A stretch of DNA of 62,971 nt, counting the filler, from Intoshia linei (Eukaryota > Animalia > Orthonectida), in NCBI GenBank assembly GCA_001642005.1. It is 8 parts of 8 records of this genome, joined end to end, with 100 filler letters (N's around TTAATTAATTAA, not from the genome) between each part and the next. Parts side by side here need not be neighbours in the genome. Positions count along the whole stretch, not along the records: positions 1 to 6,495 come from LWCA01001662.1; positions 6,596 to 17,154 come from LWCA01001259.1; 6 more parts are not named here. One strand, given 5' to 3'. The notes under the pieces were generated by a model that did not search any database, was not told where the DNA came from, and saw only the letters and a program-made list of their open reading frames with translations. The position numbers and the translations under genes are program-made. Positions 1 to 12,300 of this stretch are shown piece after piece; within the stretch, counting starts at the first letter, position 1; each line of letters opens with the position of its first letter.

Positions 1-1382
1 GTTTATTTCAAGGAATTCTTAACATTCTTGCAGTGAATAGTTATATAATATATTTTTATGGAAATGAACATATTCCTAGGCGGATGTACCTTGAGAGAAC
101 TTGGAAAATCTTTATGCCATAATCATGTAATACTTAGATCTCAATCTTTGAATAATTCAATCGGCATTTTATAATAATTATTGAAAATTAATTTAATTTT
201 TAGAATTGTTACCTGTTCAAAAAAGGCGATGATTTTATTTATGTAGTTACAATGCTAAAAGAACATTTCAAGTATGCGTTTTATGTAATCAGCATATTTC
301 CAAAGATCATGCAAATAATATTTGTAAAAAATGTTCTGAAAACCACGCCTATTAAAATAATTAAATCGTATAACAAAATGTTTTATTGCTTCGTGTCATA
401 TTTTTCATTCATAAAAATCGACCATTTTTTGGCGTCTGCGAGCATTTACATTATAAAAAAGCGCGAGCACTAACGGATTAAACTTGTTAAATATCTGTAT
501 TAGATAAGTAAAAATAAAGCACATTGAAAACATCTCGGGTGGATGTATAAGTAAAGATTACAATAATAATTGTAATGTTTGATAAGTAAATGAGACTATA
601 TATTTTTTAAATATGTATATAATTTACTTTAAATTCGATGAAAATTCTATTATTCAATATGCGAATGTCCTGAATTTTTGTATCATTGCTATGTAAAATT
701 ATCGAGTTTTCAGAATCCTGAAAATTTATTTTTTACATTAGCTTTGGTTTAGTGATGATGTATTTTGTATCATTAATTATAACTACATTGACAGTATTCC
801 AACTGGCATGATGAGTGACATTTTCTGAGAGTATATTTTGTTTTTGTGTGATTATATTATAAGCATAAAGTTTATCATTACTTTTTACATAAAAATAATC
901 CACGTTATAAGCATAACAGTCAATATAACTTGTGTCAAAATTGTCAACTCTAGTTAATTCAGTGGAATTTGTATAAAAAATAAATTTCAGATTGTAAATT
1001 ATCGTCCATTTTTTATTTTGATCGATCGAATTAAGCTTTGATACATCTTTATCTTTTGTAGATATTATCTGTAATTCTTTTGCAAAATTAAGGAAAAATA
1101 TAAAAGAAATGGTTTCATCTGACTTAACGTGGTTGATAATTCTAAAACTTTCATAGTCTTTTATTGATTTGAATATATCATTTTTTTCTTTTTTCAGTTT
1201 CCAGTGTTTAATTATTTTCCCATCTTTAAATTTGAATATTTTGACACCATCTTGTTTAAAAAATATATAGTGATTCCCTAGCCGTGAATACAATCCTCTT
1301 CTGTTCAATTTTACAGTTGTTTCACTTTAAATTTTATACATTTTACTTGAAGCGTTAGTATAAAAACTAGTAAAATATACAT
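1..1382 (-). pseudogene. Decayed tandem paralog of the orphan surface protein at 2138-4456
   Basis: ATG at 1382 gives a signal peptide (MYILLVFILTLQVKC). A 1-nt frameshift near 1320 leads into ORF 733-1308. An in-frame TAA at 733-735 is followed by continued homology (KINFQDS..RIFIEFK), then a 32-nt GT-AG intron (627-596) and further stops toward position 1. Motifs align with the 3677-4456 ORF: NHYIFFKQDGVKIFKFKDGKIIKHWKL vs NYGIFLNDNNVVIYKFKFDNFVKIWKL; YFYVKSNDKLY vs YYYIKSKKNMY. Confidence 0.6.
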
Positions 1383-2137
1383 CTTTGTAAATATTGATAA
1401 TATAAAATATACATAGTAAATCAAAAATCATTGATACGCTAATACGCGAACGCCTAGTTTACATGAATTATATCTACGACTATTAACTAACTAATAATAT
1501 ATAAACTTCCATTCAAACTTCATCTTATTGATCACACAACCTGGATATCACTCCTACAATATATTGGATTTGAGGAATGATATCTGTAATTGCACATTGA
1601 AAGATAGTTTTAACTGTAATTGATTTGCGGTGACACTTACCATCTCATATTCCTAATTCAAATTTCTACAGTGTTAAAAACCCATATTACCCTTTTTATT
1701 TTAAAGTCATGATCATTATTATTAATTCCCATCTCAAACCTTATATCTTCACGGCCAAAACCACAAATTACCTTTTGTCTAGTCAAATACTAACTTTAAA
1801 AAACGCATTATTAATTTTTTCATGAAATTGTAGATATATTCGAAAATAACTTGACCATAAAACCCTTAAATTCATAATATTTTTAATTTATAAATTAGTT
1901 GTCTTTTTCATCATTTTTGCAAAATTTTAGTAAAATTGAAGATGGTAAAGCTACTAGCATATGTCGTTTTCACATGGATTTGCCCATTTACTATGATACA
2001 TGATATATGTAATACATTCTATGTATCATATTTTATAACCTTTATGTAAAGATTAAAAAGTAAATAATCTTACATAAATAATTTATTTATAATGGATACA
2101 TTTTTAATTAACGAGTTAAACTATAATGTATTTTACA

Positions 2138-4456
2138 TCACTCGTAAGATATATATCTGGTTCTATATTTGTTGTGAAAGAAATTAATGAAAAATATAAT
2201 AATAGGCACAATTAAAAACGCAATGTAAAAATATTTGTAATTTGATTGATATTTTGTTTTGGTATGTTCATTCACGGTGTCTCGAGACGAATTTTGTTTC
2301 ATTTCGTTCAAAAGTAATTGGAGATTACTACAATCTACATTATGATATTTTTTATTAAATATATTGGCCACACAATAAGATGAATAATACTCCACATCAT
2401 AAACATTTTCAAACCCCAAAATGTCAACATAAACATTTTTACCATTCAAACAAACCATTGTTTTTTCATTGGTATTATTGGGTTTATGGCAAATTGGATT
2501 ATCTAAACTGATTATATAGTCATTGGCACAAGAGAAATCATGTTCAATGCATTGGCATGTGATATTACGTTGTGGAAAAACTTGAGATTTAGTCAAGTAA
2601 CTTACATGATTATTCTTGTTTTCCACAGAGTATACATAAGTGTACCCTTGATTGCAAATTGTTTGACTAATTATAGATTTGTGGTGGCACGGTTGTATAT
2701 TTTTCAAGTGCATACTAATGGATATTAATTTTTTATCGGTAATTTGACTAATAACTACGTGCCCATTGTAATCATCATAATAGCCATGAAATGGTTTATC
2801 AAAGTTGAAATTGGTAGAATATGATTTCATATTATTTAAAACATTCTAAGATCTACAACCATCAAATGACAGTACTGTGTTAATGTAACCGTACATTATA
2901 ACTAGCGCCATATCATTGTTTACCAAGATATTTTTATGCATAATTATTGTATCGTGAAATACATTAGTAAGGCTGTATAAATCGTCAAAACTAAAAATTA
3001 CTCGAAAATCATAATACAATGGTAATTTGATCATTATGTAACCTAATAATCTATTATCTACGAGTTCATAGTCACAATAAGGATTTAAAACATTCACTCT
3101 ATTCCAATAATCTCCTCGATTATAAGTTATTATAGATGAACAATTCTGCCTAATTACTATAAAATCTTTCAGTAAATTTTGACTATTTTTTAATTTATCA
3201 AAAAATATCACATTATTAATTTCGCCGTTTTGGTTCGTTATTAGCGGCGTGTATTTAGTCATAGTTTTGTCACTTATTAAATATAATGTTTCCATTTTTT
3301 TATCTTTATTTTCTACTTTTTTTGTGTACCACCATGTATCAAATGACCAATAGTTTATTTTATTTTTTTTTAAACTAAAATTAAAATTAACTTTGATAAG
3401 AGGATTGAAATACAGTTAACCCACTTGATAATGAACAAACCGTAACTTTTTACTTTTAATTAGCTCTTAAACGAAACATTTGAAAAATATTGGTTGCTAA
3501 TATATTAAAAATTATTTTTCACCGGGAATGCTTAGATTTCTGGGTTTGAAATTTAATTGAAATTTGAAGTCTGGGACTGTCAGTATTTCAATAAATGGTA
3601 ACACACTTAGTTGGTAAAATTTTATAGAAACTCTGATATATCTATACGTCTATACGATATATATATATCTGTAATATTAAAATACCTCTAATTGCAACAC
3701 GACTCTACCAGACCATACAGTAATTTTTTTTAATATGGTCAAACTGTTATTAATTCTTAGAGAATCATTAAATTGCATTTTCCAAAATTTTTTATCTTTG
3801 TATAATAAAAATTCACTTTTTTTTTCATCGTAAAATATATTAGACTTAACGAAAGTTTTGGAAGTGTTGATAAATCGTAATTTTGAATTTGATAAATTCA
3901 ATAAATACATATTTTTTTTTGATTTTATATAATAGTAATCAGTTTCAAATAAATCCCTTGTTAAAACAACATTATCATTAAGTTTTACTTCGATTAAATT
4001 TTCACCTCGTATATATAACAAATATTTTTTTGTCATAAAAAATATAGCATCCATTTTAAATGCTATTAATTTAGAACGGTATATTTGTTCAGAAGTAAAT
4101 TTTATTATATGTAATTTTTCAAAATATACAATTATATAGTTAACTTTGTCCCCGTGTACTTCACTATCTATCAAAATAACTAGTTCATTTATTCTGACTT
4201 TGTGAATTGAAGTGTACAATGTATTTGAATCTGTGTGTAATTTCCATATCTTTACAAAATTGTCGAATTTAAATTTGTAGATCACTACATTATTATCATT
4301 CAAAAAAATACCATAATTTTCAAATATAATTGGATCAGTTTTCTCGTTTAATTCTGCTGTCTTTCTCGTAAACTCAAATTCTACAACAGTCATTTGTATT
4401 GTATGGAACAGGAGGAATAGATTTAAAAATAATGCAGTAGTATTCAAGGTAGACAT
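2138..4456 (-). CDS. Orphan type-I membrane/surface protein: signal peptide, beta-rich ectodomain, Cys-rich juxtamembrane part, C-terminal TM helix; three ORFs probably form one gene
   Basis: ORF 3677-4456 starts with a hydrophobic signal and ends at a GAG|GTATTT donor (3685). An acceptor TTTTAG at 3375 leads into the frame of ORF 2846-3295, but needs one fewer A in an A9 run. ORFs 2846-3295 and 2138-2830 share a frame and are separated by a TAG that a 30-nt GT..AG (2875-2846) would remove. C-terminal TM: YFYIAFLIVPIIIFFINFF. Confidence 0.55.
3480..3670 (-). mobile_element. Internally deleted copy of the non-autonomous Helitron family, inside an intron
   Basis: Shares the cattcccggtgaaaaataatttttaatatatta block with 6596-6660 and 24320-24390 (rc), and the (TA)n/gtgtgtt 5' region with other copies. 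Confidence 0.55.
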
Positions 4457-5283
4457 TTAAATATTAATATAGTCTTTTATTTACTTTTTGTTTATTTACA
4501 TTAGTGTTTCCCAACATTCTAAGTATCATGCCCCACTTTTATCTTTACGAAATTTCTAGGTCCCACAAGTGTTGTTAGAAAATAAATTAATATTTACGTA
4601 AATAAATGAGAAGAATTTGAAAATTTAAAATTAGATGAGTTTTTTACGCATTATGCAGTGTTGCTAAAAATTTTTATTTTTAAAATTCTGAATCCTGAAT
4701 TTGTTAGATAAATTTGAATAAACAAACATAAAATTACTAATATAACATAACTAACAATTACTTTATAATATACATTGTATATTATACAATCTAATAATTA
4801 CATTTTGATCGAATAATTTTTTATAATCTTTTAGATTCAAAAATTTAGAAAAATCGAATAACGTTTGTATACATTTACAGTCAACGAAAGTTTTGAAAAT
4901 TATTATAATTAATTAATAATGATATGAAAAGATTAGAAAACAAAATAATCAATTTACACTTAAAAAAAACACGTACAGTATTCTCTCTATAATTCGCCAT
5001 ATGATTATTATTGTAATATAGAAACCTTAACATTTTATTTTATAACTCGCCATTTATTTTAAATAAAAATAAAAATTTAAAAGTTTATAAAAATATTTTA
5101 ATTATAAATTATCATTTATTTTGAATAAGGTTGAAAAAGGTGAATCTGTATATGATGATTATAAAAAATTAACCTTAAGAGATACCACCATATTTGCGGA
5201 TTTATCCTGAAAAAAAGTAACACAATCAACCATTTTGAATTGTTTTAAATATTTACATAGTAATCAGAATATGCATGTAAATT

Positions 5284-5550
5284 ATGAAAAAATACCTTAT
5301 TACAAATGTTACATTAAAGTCGTTAAATATTCATGACCCCATCACGGAAGAATATATAAACATTGAATATACTGAAAAAAATGAAATAATAAGTGAATGT
5401 TCTACGTTAAACATAGACTATGGTTTAGACGAACAATTTGAAAATGATAAGATTATCGAGTGTAATCTGTTATCTGGTGTAAACACCATAAAATGTTGTT
5501 TTTTTGTAATATTTGTTTTTTTAATGTTTTTTAAGCGTTCCACCTTGTAG
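5284..5550 (+). CDS. Possible terminal exon or fragment of an orphan protein with a C-terminal hydrophobic tail
   Basis: 88-aa ORF ending CCFFVIFVFLMFFKRSTL. The coding-like upstream sequence is interrupted by a stop and frameshift. No homology recognised. Confidence 0.25.
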   Translation: MKKYLITNVTLKSLNIHDPITEEYINIEYTEKNEIISECSTLNIDYGLDEQFENDKIIECNLLSGVNTIKCCFFVIFVFLMFFKRSTL

Positions 5551-6178
5551 GTTTATAGTTCCAAATTTTATCTGATGTTTTGGAACCATTTGATATGATT
5601 GAACAAATAATTAATTAAATTATTAAATAATTAAACCAGCAGCAAATTTCCACGATTTTGGCTTTCCTTTTTGAAAAAAAGTCGATTGTTGCCAAACAAG
5701 TCGTCCGCACGGTTGTACTATTGTATAATGTATTATTGCTTTAAATAATTATAAATAGGCTCAAATTCAAGACTTTAATAAAACACTACTCTCTTAAAAA
5801 AACCAATTCATGCCTCATTCAGTATTAACCACATAATCAAAATAAATGCTAAATTAAGAAATAATTATAATGATAGTAGAATAAATTAACGAGATAGTAA
5901 AGCTCGATATGTCGATTGACAGTAGATATATTTAAAAAAAAAATTAGTGTACAATAAGTTTACAATACAATTTAATAAACACAAACTTTGAATAACGGAA
6001 CATAAAGTTCAATTTAGTAGATTTATATTGATACATTTTCATTATACACTTGATACATTGTATTTTGATACATACATTGGAATTGACTTTTTTGGTAAAT
6101 TTAATTTTCTTTGTTTAATGATATGAATAAACGGGATATTAAATTAGTATATTGATTATTTTTGTAATTTTAGAAACA

Positions 6179-6495
6179 ATGGTGAATTCTAAATACACGG
6201 ACAATGACAGAAAACGTATACTTGATCAGTACGAACAAGGAAAGCGATTAACTGAAATTTCCAATATATTCAATATGCCAATGTCTACAGTTAAAAACAT
6301 ATTAAACGTTTTTCAAAAAGAAGGTAGAATCGAGAAAAAGGCTCGCGGGGGTAAAACACACTATAAAATCACTCCAGCAATAGTAGACTACATTCAATGT
6401 TTAGTAGATAATCAATGTTGGATTTCATTAAAAAATGTACAATTAAAAGTGAAACAAAGGCATGGCATATTATTGTCTATCACGACCGTAAATAA
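6179..6495 (+). mobile_element. Tc1/mariner (IS630-Tc1) transposase N-terminal HTH, truncated by contig end
   Basis: MVNSKYTDNDRKRILDQYEQGKRLTEISNIFNMPMSTVKNILNVFQKEGRIEKKARGG is a paired-like HTH plus GGR-type linker typical of ITm transposases. Confidence 0.75.
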
Positions 6496-6595
6496 NNNNN
6501 NNNNNNNNNNNNNNNNNNNNNNNNNNNNNNNNNNNNNNNTTAATTAATTAANNNNNNNNNNNNNNNNNNNNNNNNNNNNNNNNNNNNNNNNNNNN
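6496..6595. other. Artificial contig spacer N44-TTAATTAATTAA-N44 (also 17155-17254, 33090-33189, 34718-34817, 40900-40999, 46826-46925, 53413-53512)
   Basis: The same 100-bp structure occurs seven times. The 12-mer places stops in all six frames. Confidence 0.97.
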
Positions 6596-7426
6596 CCCAG
6601 AAATCTACGCATTCCCGGTGAAAAATAATTTTTAATATATTATCAACCATTATCTTTCAAATATTTCCATTAAAATAAAATTTGAAAATGTAAATATTGA
6701 TCCTACAATTTCAAAAAAAATGGCAGTGAACAGTCTACACATTTCAAATAAATGAAATATTGGTGAAAAATTATATAATTCATTCCTTCGAATTTTTTTT
6801 CATTGCTACGCAATTTTTCATTCTCAAATACAATTATGTATTCATTTTCAAAAAATTTAACGAAATTTATTTTAAAACTACAGCAACTTAAAGTACAACT
6901 TTGTTATTATAATTTTTTTATTTATTACAATGCTTTGCAATGTTGGTAAAAATCATCTTGTTGTTTTTGTTTTTAAACTGCTGCTACCGTTAATTATTGA
7001 TACTTTTAATTAATATTAAAATTAATATTTTTTAATCATCGAAAAAAGATACTGAATATACAGGTTTATTTACAATTTTATTTTATATGAAATTTAAGCT
7101 ATTTTGACAATTTTTAATATTTACTATTTTGGCTTTATTTTTAAAATTATACACTTATTATCTCTAATAAATTGAATAAATGGAATCACAAAATTGTTTT
7201 TAAAATTCTATACAAAATAAAATTAAGTGGGAATTATTCATTATAAATTAAAAGGTAATGTGAAATTCAAGTTTAGGAATGACTTTTTTAAATGATTGTT
7301 AATAATGAGTAGCATTTTTAATTAAAATTTTATTATTTAATTTATTTTTTTGGTAGAATTAGATAAGTTCGCCCTCGGCAGAGCTAGGTGCTGTTTGTAA
7401 GTAGTACAAAACAGCCAAGCTACTAG
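6596..7426 (+). mobile_element. Non-autonomous Helitron, 3' portion
   Basis: Ends gccctcggcagagctaggtg-ctgtttgta-agtag-tacaaaacag (hairpin)-ccaagcta-CTAG|T. The body is similar to 23940-24400 (rc) and 35150-35871. Confidence 0.65.
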
Positions 7427-7925
7427 TATTATAATATATTATCTTAAATGTTGAATTTTTCTAAAAATGATGCCCCTTTTTTCCAAAAATTGTTTTCTCG
7501 GGGAAGCAATTGATGCAAAAGGCAAAACTGTTGTAAAAAAATGAACAAACAAGATTTACTTTCAAATTTGTTTAGTTAGTATAAATATTAGCAAATTTTA
7601 ATACAATTTACAGATAAATAATAATTATTGATATTTTCATATAATTAATAATTAAGTTTATGAAAAATAGTATTAAATTTGTACACTGCAATATGTGAAA
7701 CAAATATTGACAGTTGCCTTATATCTAATCAATATCTCTGACTTGCCAAAAATTTATTTGATCCTTATTAGTTGTACGCGCTTATACTACATAATATATG
7801 ACGATAAAACCTATGGGTTTTGAATAAACGTAATAAACTCACTTAGCTTTCATACGCGTAAACATTTCCAAGAAAATTAAAAATTTATAATTCATACGAA
7901 ACTCTGTAATAACATTTAAGATTAC

Positions 7926-9217
7926 CATTAAAATTTTTCTATAGCTCATTCTGTCGATTCCAAATAGTGTAATGTCACTCTTAGCCTATACGTAAAATGA
8001 AAAATATTATAAAAATTACATAATAATCGAGTTTTTTTATTATTATTTATACATGTGCTATATATGTATTATGAAATATGGAAAATAAAAGTATATACAA
8101 AAAAATGAATATAGAATATTTAAAAGGATACTATCACTGTTGCTGCTCGCGGAGTTCCATATATGAGGGCCAACTCTCCAAAACTAGACCCATCTGTAAT
8201 TGTAGTAACTTTAACATTATTTACAATAATCTAAATTATATAACAGCCATTAATTTTAACCAAATTTACATCAACTGTTCCCGTATTGATTACATAAAAA
8301 TTGTCTCCTTCATCTCCTACATGTAAATCAATAAAACTTAAACCTATATGAACCTTGATTCATTATAACGTCGTCAGTCGAAAAATTTGAGAGAAACATA
8401 GCATCATAAATGTCACTAAAATGTACTCATTTAATTTAAAAAAAATGCACTTTAATTCGGTGTCATCGAGGTGTTTAAACAGTAAATTATTTGAAAGACA
8501 TTTAGTTATGACTTTAGTAGTTTCTTCATCTTTGGGTATGACCTATTTATATGAATAAAATGAATTTGCCATCTCACTTGTTTAACATATGCTTTCATGT
8601 CCTCCTCGCTGTACACTTCGGCGCTAACAGCTCCACGACGAATTCTTCCTTTCATTTTAATTGGTTGAGACAGGGAATCGGTGGCTTCATCTTGTGCATT
8701 TATCTCAGAGCTACATTTTCTAGAATCTGAACTCATCAAACTTTTCTTGTGTAGCTAAACAGAAAATTACACAATTGATAAATTCATACATAGAATATAT
8801 CAGTTTTAAATACTAAAATATATTAACAATTTTGTTCCTTATTCAAGACGTCTGATGTTGAAACAATCTGGAATTTTGTTACTTAGATTACGTAGCCTCA
8901 ATACTGACTTATGCTTAGTTTTAATTATAAGCAATTATTTGATCTACTTGTCAGTGAGAACATAAAATATAACGCTAGAATGATTGACGCAATTATCGGA
9001 TTTTATTAAAACATTAGATTCGTAATTTTGTAGTGCCATGTTGGTTCAAATTTTATCAAAATACCTCATCAAAGTAGTCTCGGATGTAGACTATGGGGTC
9101 TTCTGGTCTGTCGATGGTTAACGAAATTATACATTCTTTGATCAAATCGTTAATTTTGTGGTCGTGGATGTATTGTTCGAATTCTTCAACGTTACTGTAT
9201 CTGGAATTTGGAAACAT
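7926..9217 (-). CDS. PRKAR1: cAMP-dependent protein kinase type I regulatory subunit: D/D domain, RRGAV pseudosubstrate, CNB-A; CNB-B not found
   Basis: Exon 1 [37 protein letters not shown]; then [58 protein letters not shown]. Short introns of 35-39 nt plus two longer ones. Confidence 0.93.
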
Positions 9218-9324
9218 TTCAAAACGCCGTATTAATTATTAATCAGTTTTGTAAAGTGACACTTAGGAATGAAAATCTGAATAAGGACAAACAACTTGGA
9301 AATAAAACATTTATTAGATACACA

Positions 9325-12300
9325 CTATTTAGTATTAATCATTTTGCGTTTTTTTATTCCTTTCATAAGTACTGAGGCCTTTCGAATAGCAGTCTAGCAA
9401 TAATATATAAACAAATCACGTACAATTTACCATTGTTAAATCAGGTCGCTTTGCTTTTATTGATTTTCTCTGAATTCTAGCAAGTGTAAATCGTCCACGA
9501 TCCTTTATCGAATCTTTAATTATTTTGGATTTTTGTCCTTTTTCTAAATTAGAAAATCAATATTCATTACGAGAAATAAAACTTATATTTTTAATCTATA
9601 CGTATTATATTTTATCAATAAAAATTTCTGATTAATGATAGCAAATCAATAAAGATAATTTTGGTTTGATTTTTTTGACTAGCATAGGTAAAAATTAAAT
9701 AAGACGATAAACCAGTATTTTATTATATCATAGAATCTAATTGAAGCTTACAAAATCATAATTATAGTAAAATACAATTATCATCAGAAAATTAATATTC
9801 ACAACCACCAGAATTAATTTTAAAGCAGAAATTCAGTATAATTTCCAAATACAAAGTACATTCACATAAATTATCGATTTACAGTTCGATATTGAAAAAT
9901 CTTTAGAATTAAAATGCAAAAATTTCTCACTAATACTACTAATAACATTTAGAAATGTAGAATGACAAAAGAATATAAATTTTAACAGTAGCTTAAATTT
10001 ACCTTTAATATTTAAATTAAAGGTTTTTTTCCATAAGATTTAGTAAAATCGTGTTTTTCAAAAAAATATTCGAAAAAAGATGATTTCCCCTTAATTTAGG
10101 TTGATAAAATTGGATTTTTTATTTTAGGTTACAAGTTGTTGCTTATAGCAAGGGTGCACAACCTTTTTTGATGCGATTGATTTTAAAATTCTTCAATGAG
10201 TGGCAATCGACTAATTCATTGACTAGAAAAATGTTTCTGATCAGAACCTATTTTAAAAAAATAGCCTTGCGGAATCTAATAAAAATGTTTAACCACACAT
10301 TTTCAGTGCGATCGTAGAAAACACCATACAGAAAAAATCATATTTTTCAAAAAAAAAATGGGTAAACTCGATTTTTCCGAGGGTTTCAAATTGTATTTTT
10401 TATTAATGGTTGAATTAATGAAATAATAATGTAGCGGTCGTCTAGGTTTTTGAATAAATTCATAAAATCTGGCAATTCTATAATAAAAATTAATATAATT
10501 TGATAAAAATTTTTTATTATTTTATAAGAATCTCATGGACCCAAAGGCATAAAGTCTTGGCCCAATCGGGAACCACTGATCTATGATGAGATGTATGTTG
10601 TAAAATTTAAAAAATTTATTCATTTTTGCACTAATGTATGCTTTTTAGATACTTTAATCTAGCGTTTCCCAAATGTCGGTCCAAAATAATTTTTACTAAT
10701 TAGAAGTCAATTTATTACCTTTTTTCTCAGAATGTCATAGTAATTTCGTTTTAGTGGTCCGTCGTGAAAAAGTGTGGGAACCCCTGCTTTAATCATTAAA
10801 CTTTAACGTATTCGTTTGTGATTAAAATTCAATAATTTTTGTATATTTTAATAAATAATGTTAAGCTACGTCATGCATCATTGACGTTATTCTATAATAT
10901 GAAAAAAAAATTATAGCTATATTTATCATTTTGTTTTGGTGTTTGTGGTGGGTTAAATGTACAAATTTGTTTATCATTTCAAAAATTTTAGTCTACTTTT
11001 ATAATTGACTTAAGATTGTCATAATCCAACCAAAATTTTATATATCTTCAACACAATATACCAACAAAATAAAAGATTTTATAAATTTTAACCCAAAATA
11101 TATTATAAACGGGAATGTAATTTTGTAAGGCTCTTTCGGCTAAATCGGTTACAATTTTATACTTCATTGGTTAATTCTTTATTTTCGTAATATCGTGATA
11201 ATATCTATTCCTATAATATTTAGTTTATCAAAATTGAACCGAAACAGATTGAACAGAAATCCGATTTTACAAACCTTACCAGAAAACACCTCTTAATCCA
11301 ACCTTAAAAGAAAAAATTCAAATTTTACTAATTTTAAGATAAAAATGCTATTTTTCTTATTTTCTTTGGGAACACTTCTTAATCCAACTATAAAAAAAGA
11401 TCTTAACGACTTTGTAGAGATCGAATCGTAAGAAATACGAATTTGTAGATAATAATATAGTAAATCTCATTAAATAATCATCTTAATTAATCCTTAGACA
11501 TTTTTTTTAATTTTTTACATTGAATAAATAAAAGAAAAATACCATAGAAAAAAGGGTTGAGAAATACTGGGTTAAACAAAGCGATAAATATCCAAGTTAT
11601 TTTAAATGTCACGACCATAAAATGAACTTTGCAAAGCTCAAACTTTAATACCATAAAAATGTTAACTATTGCAAATTATAAAAAAAATTTTCCAAATTGT
11701 TTTCACTGTTTTTACACTCCAAATCATGATTTATCGACATTTTAATGTTGTTTAAATACGTTGAAATAAAAATTGAAAAGGAATGTACGTTAAAACAAAT
11801 CACAGACACATTCGACTCGCCAGTTACGAACAACAATTTTCCCCATTAGCTAAGTATTCAGTGTTTCTCAACTATTTGAAGCGCACAGGTAATTTTAAAA
11901 TGTTGTATATTAGTTTTTTCTGAAAATAAATTATTGAACTAATTAACTCAAAGAAAATTACATGTATAAGATTTTACGTGAAAAGTTGCGAATTTAATTT
12001 AGAAAGTTTTTGTTACCATACCAAAAACGAAAAAATATGAAAAATCTTATTTTATGATGTGCAATTTTTGCTAAGTAACTTAGCTTTTGGTGGGTCACAT
12101 CAGTTGAGGTGTAAGACAAAAATGATTTATTATTTCGCTTTCAAATTTTCAATTTTTTATATTTAACTATGCGTCTATTTATATAATATAATCAGAATAC
12201 AAACCATTATCTTTGAAATAAGAAAACACAATTTCATTTCCGTCTTCATAAATAGCAACACTATTTTTATGAATCAATCCATTCGATTTGAAGGTATTAC

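Noticed and set aside
733-735. In-frame TAA/TAG within homologous reading frames, suggesting stop-codon reassignment
   Set aside because: Conserved genes here end at the expected positions with TAG (RPS5, RPL28) and TAA (DIMT1, Rho), and have no internal stops. Pseudogenisation or a short intron explains the cases.
714-1314. Possible 14-nt (~1301-1314) and 19-nt (~718-736) GT-AG micro-introns that could bypass lesions in the first locus
   Set aside because: Far shorter than the 30-50-nt introns seen in the conserved genes. Homology to the paralog runs through these segments, and more stops follow.
6540-6551. Perfect palindrome TTAATTAATTAA recurring seven times
   Set aside because: Always centred in N44 runs; an artificial six-frame-stop contig linker, not biology.
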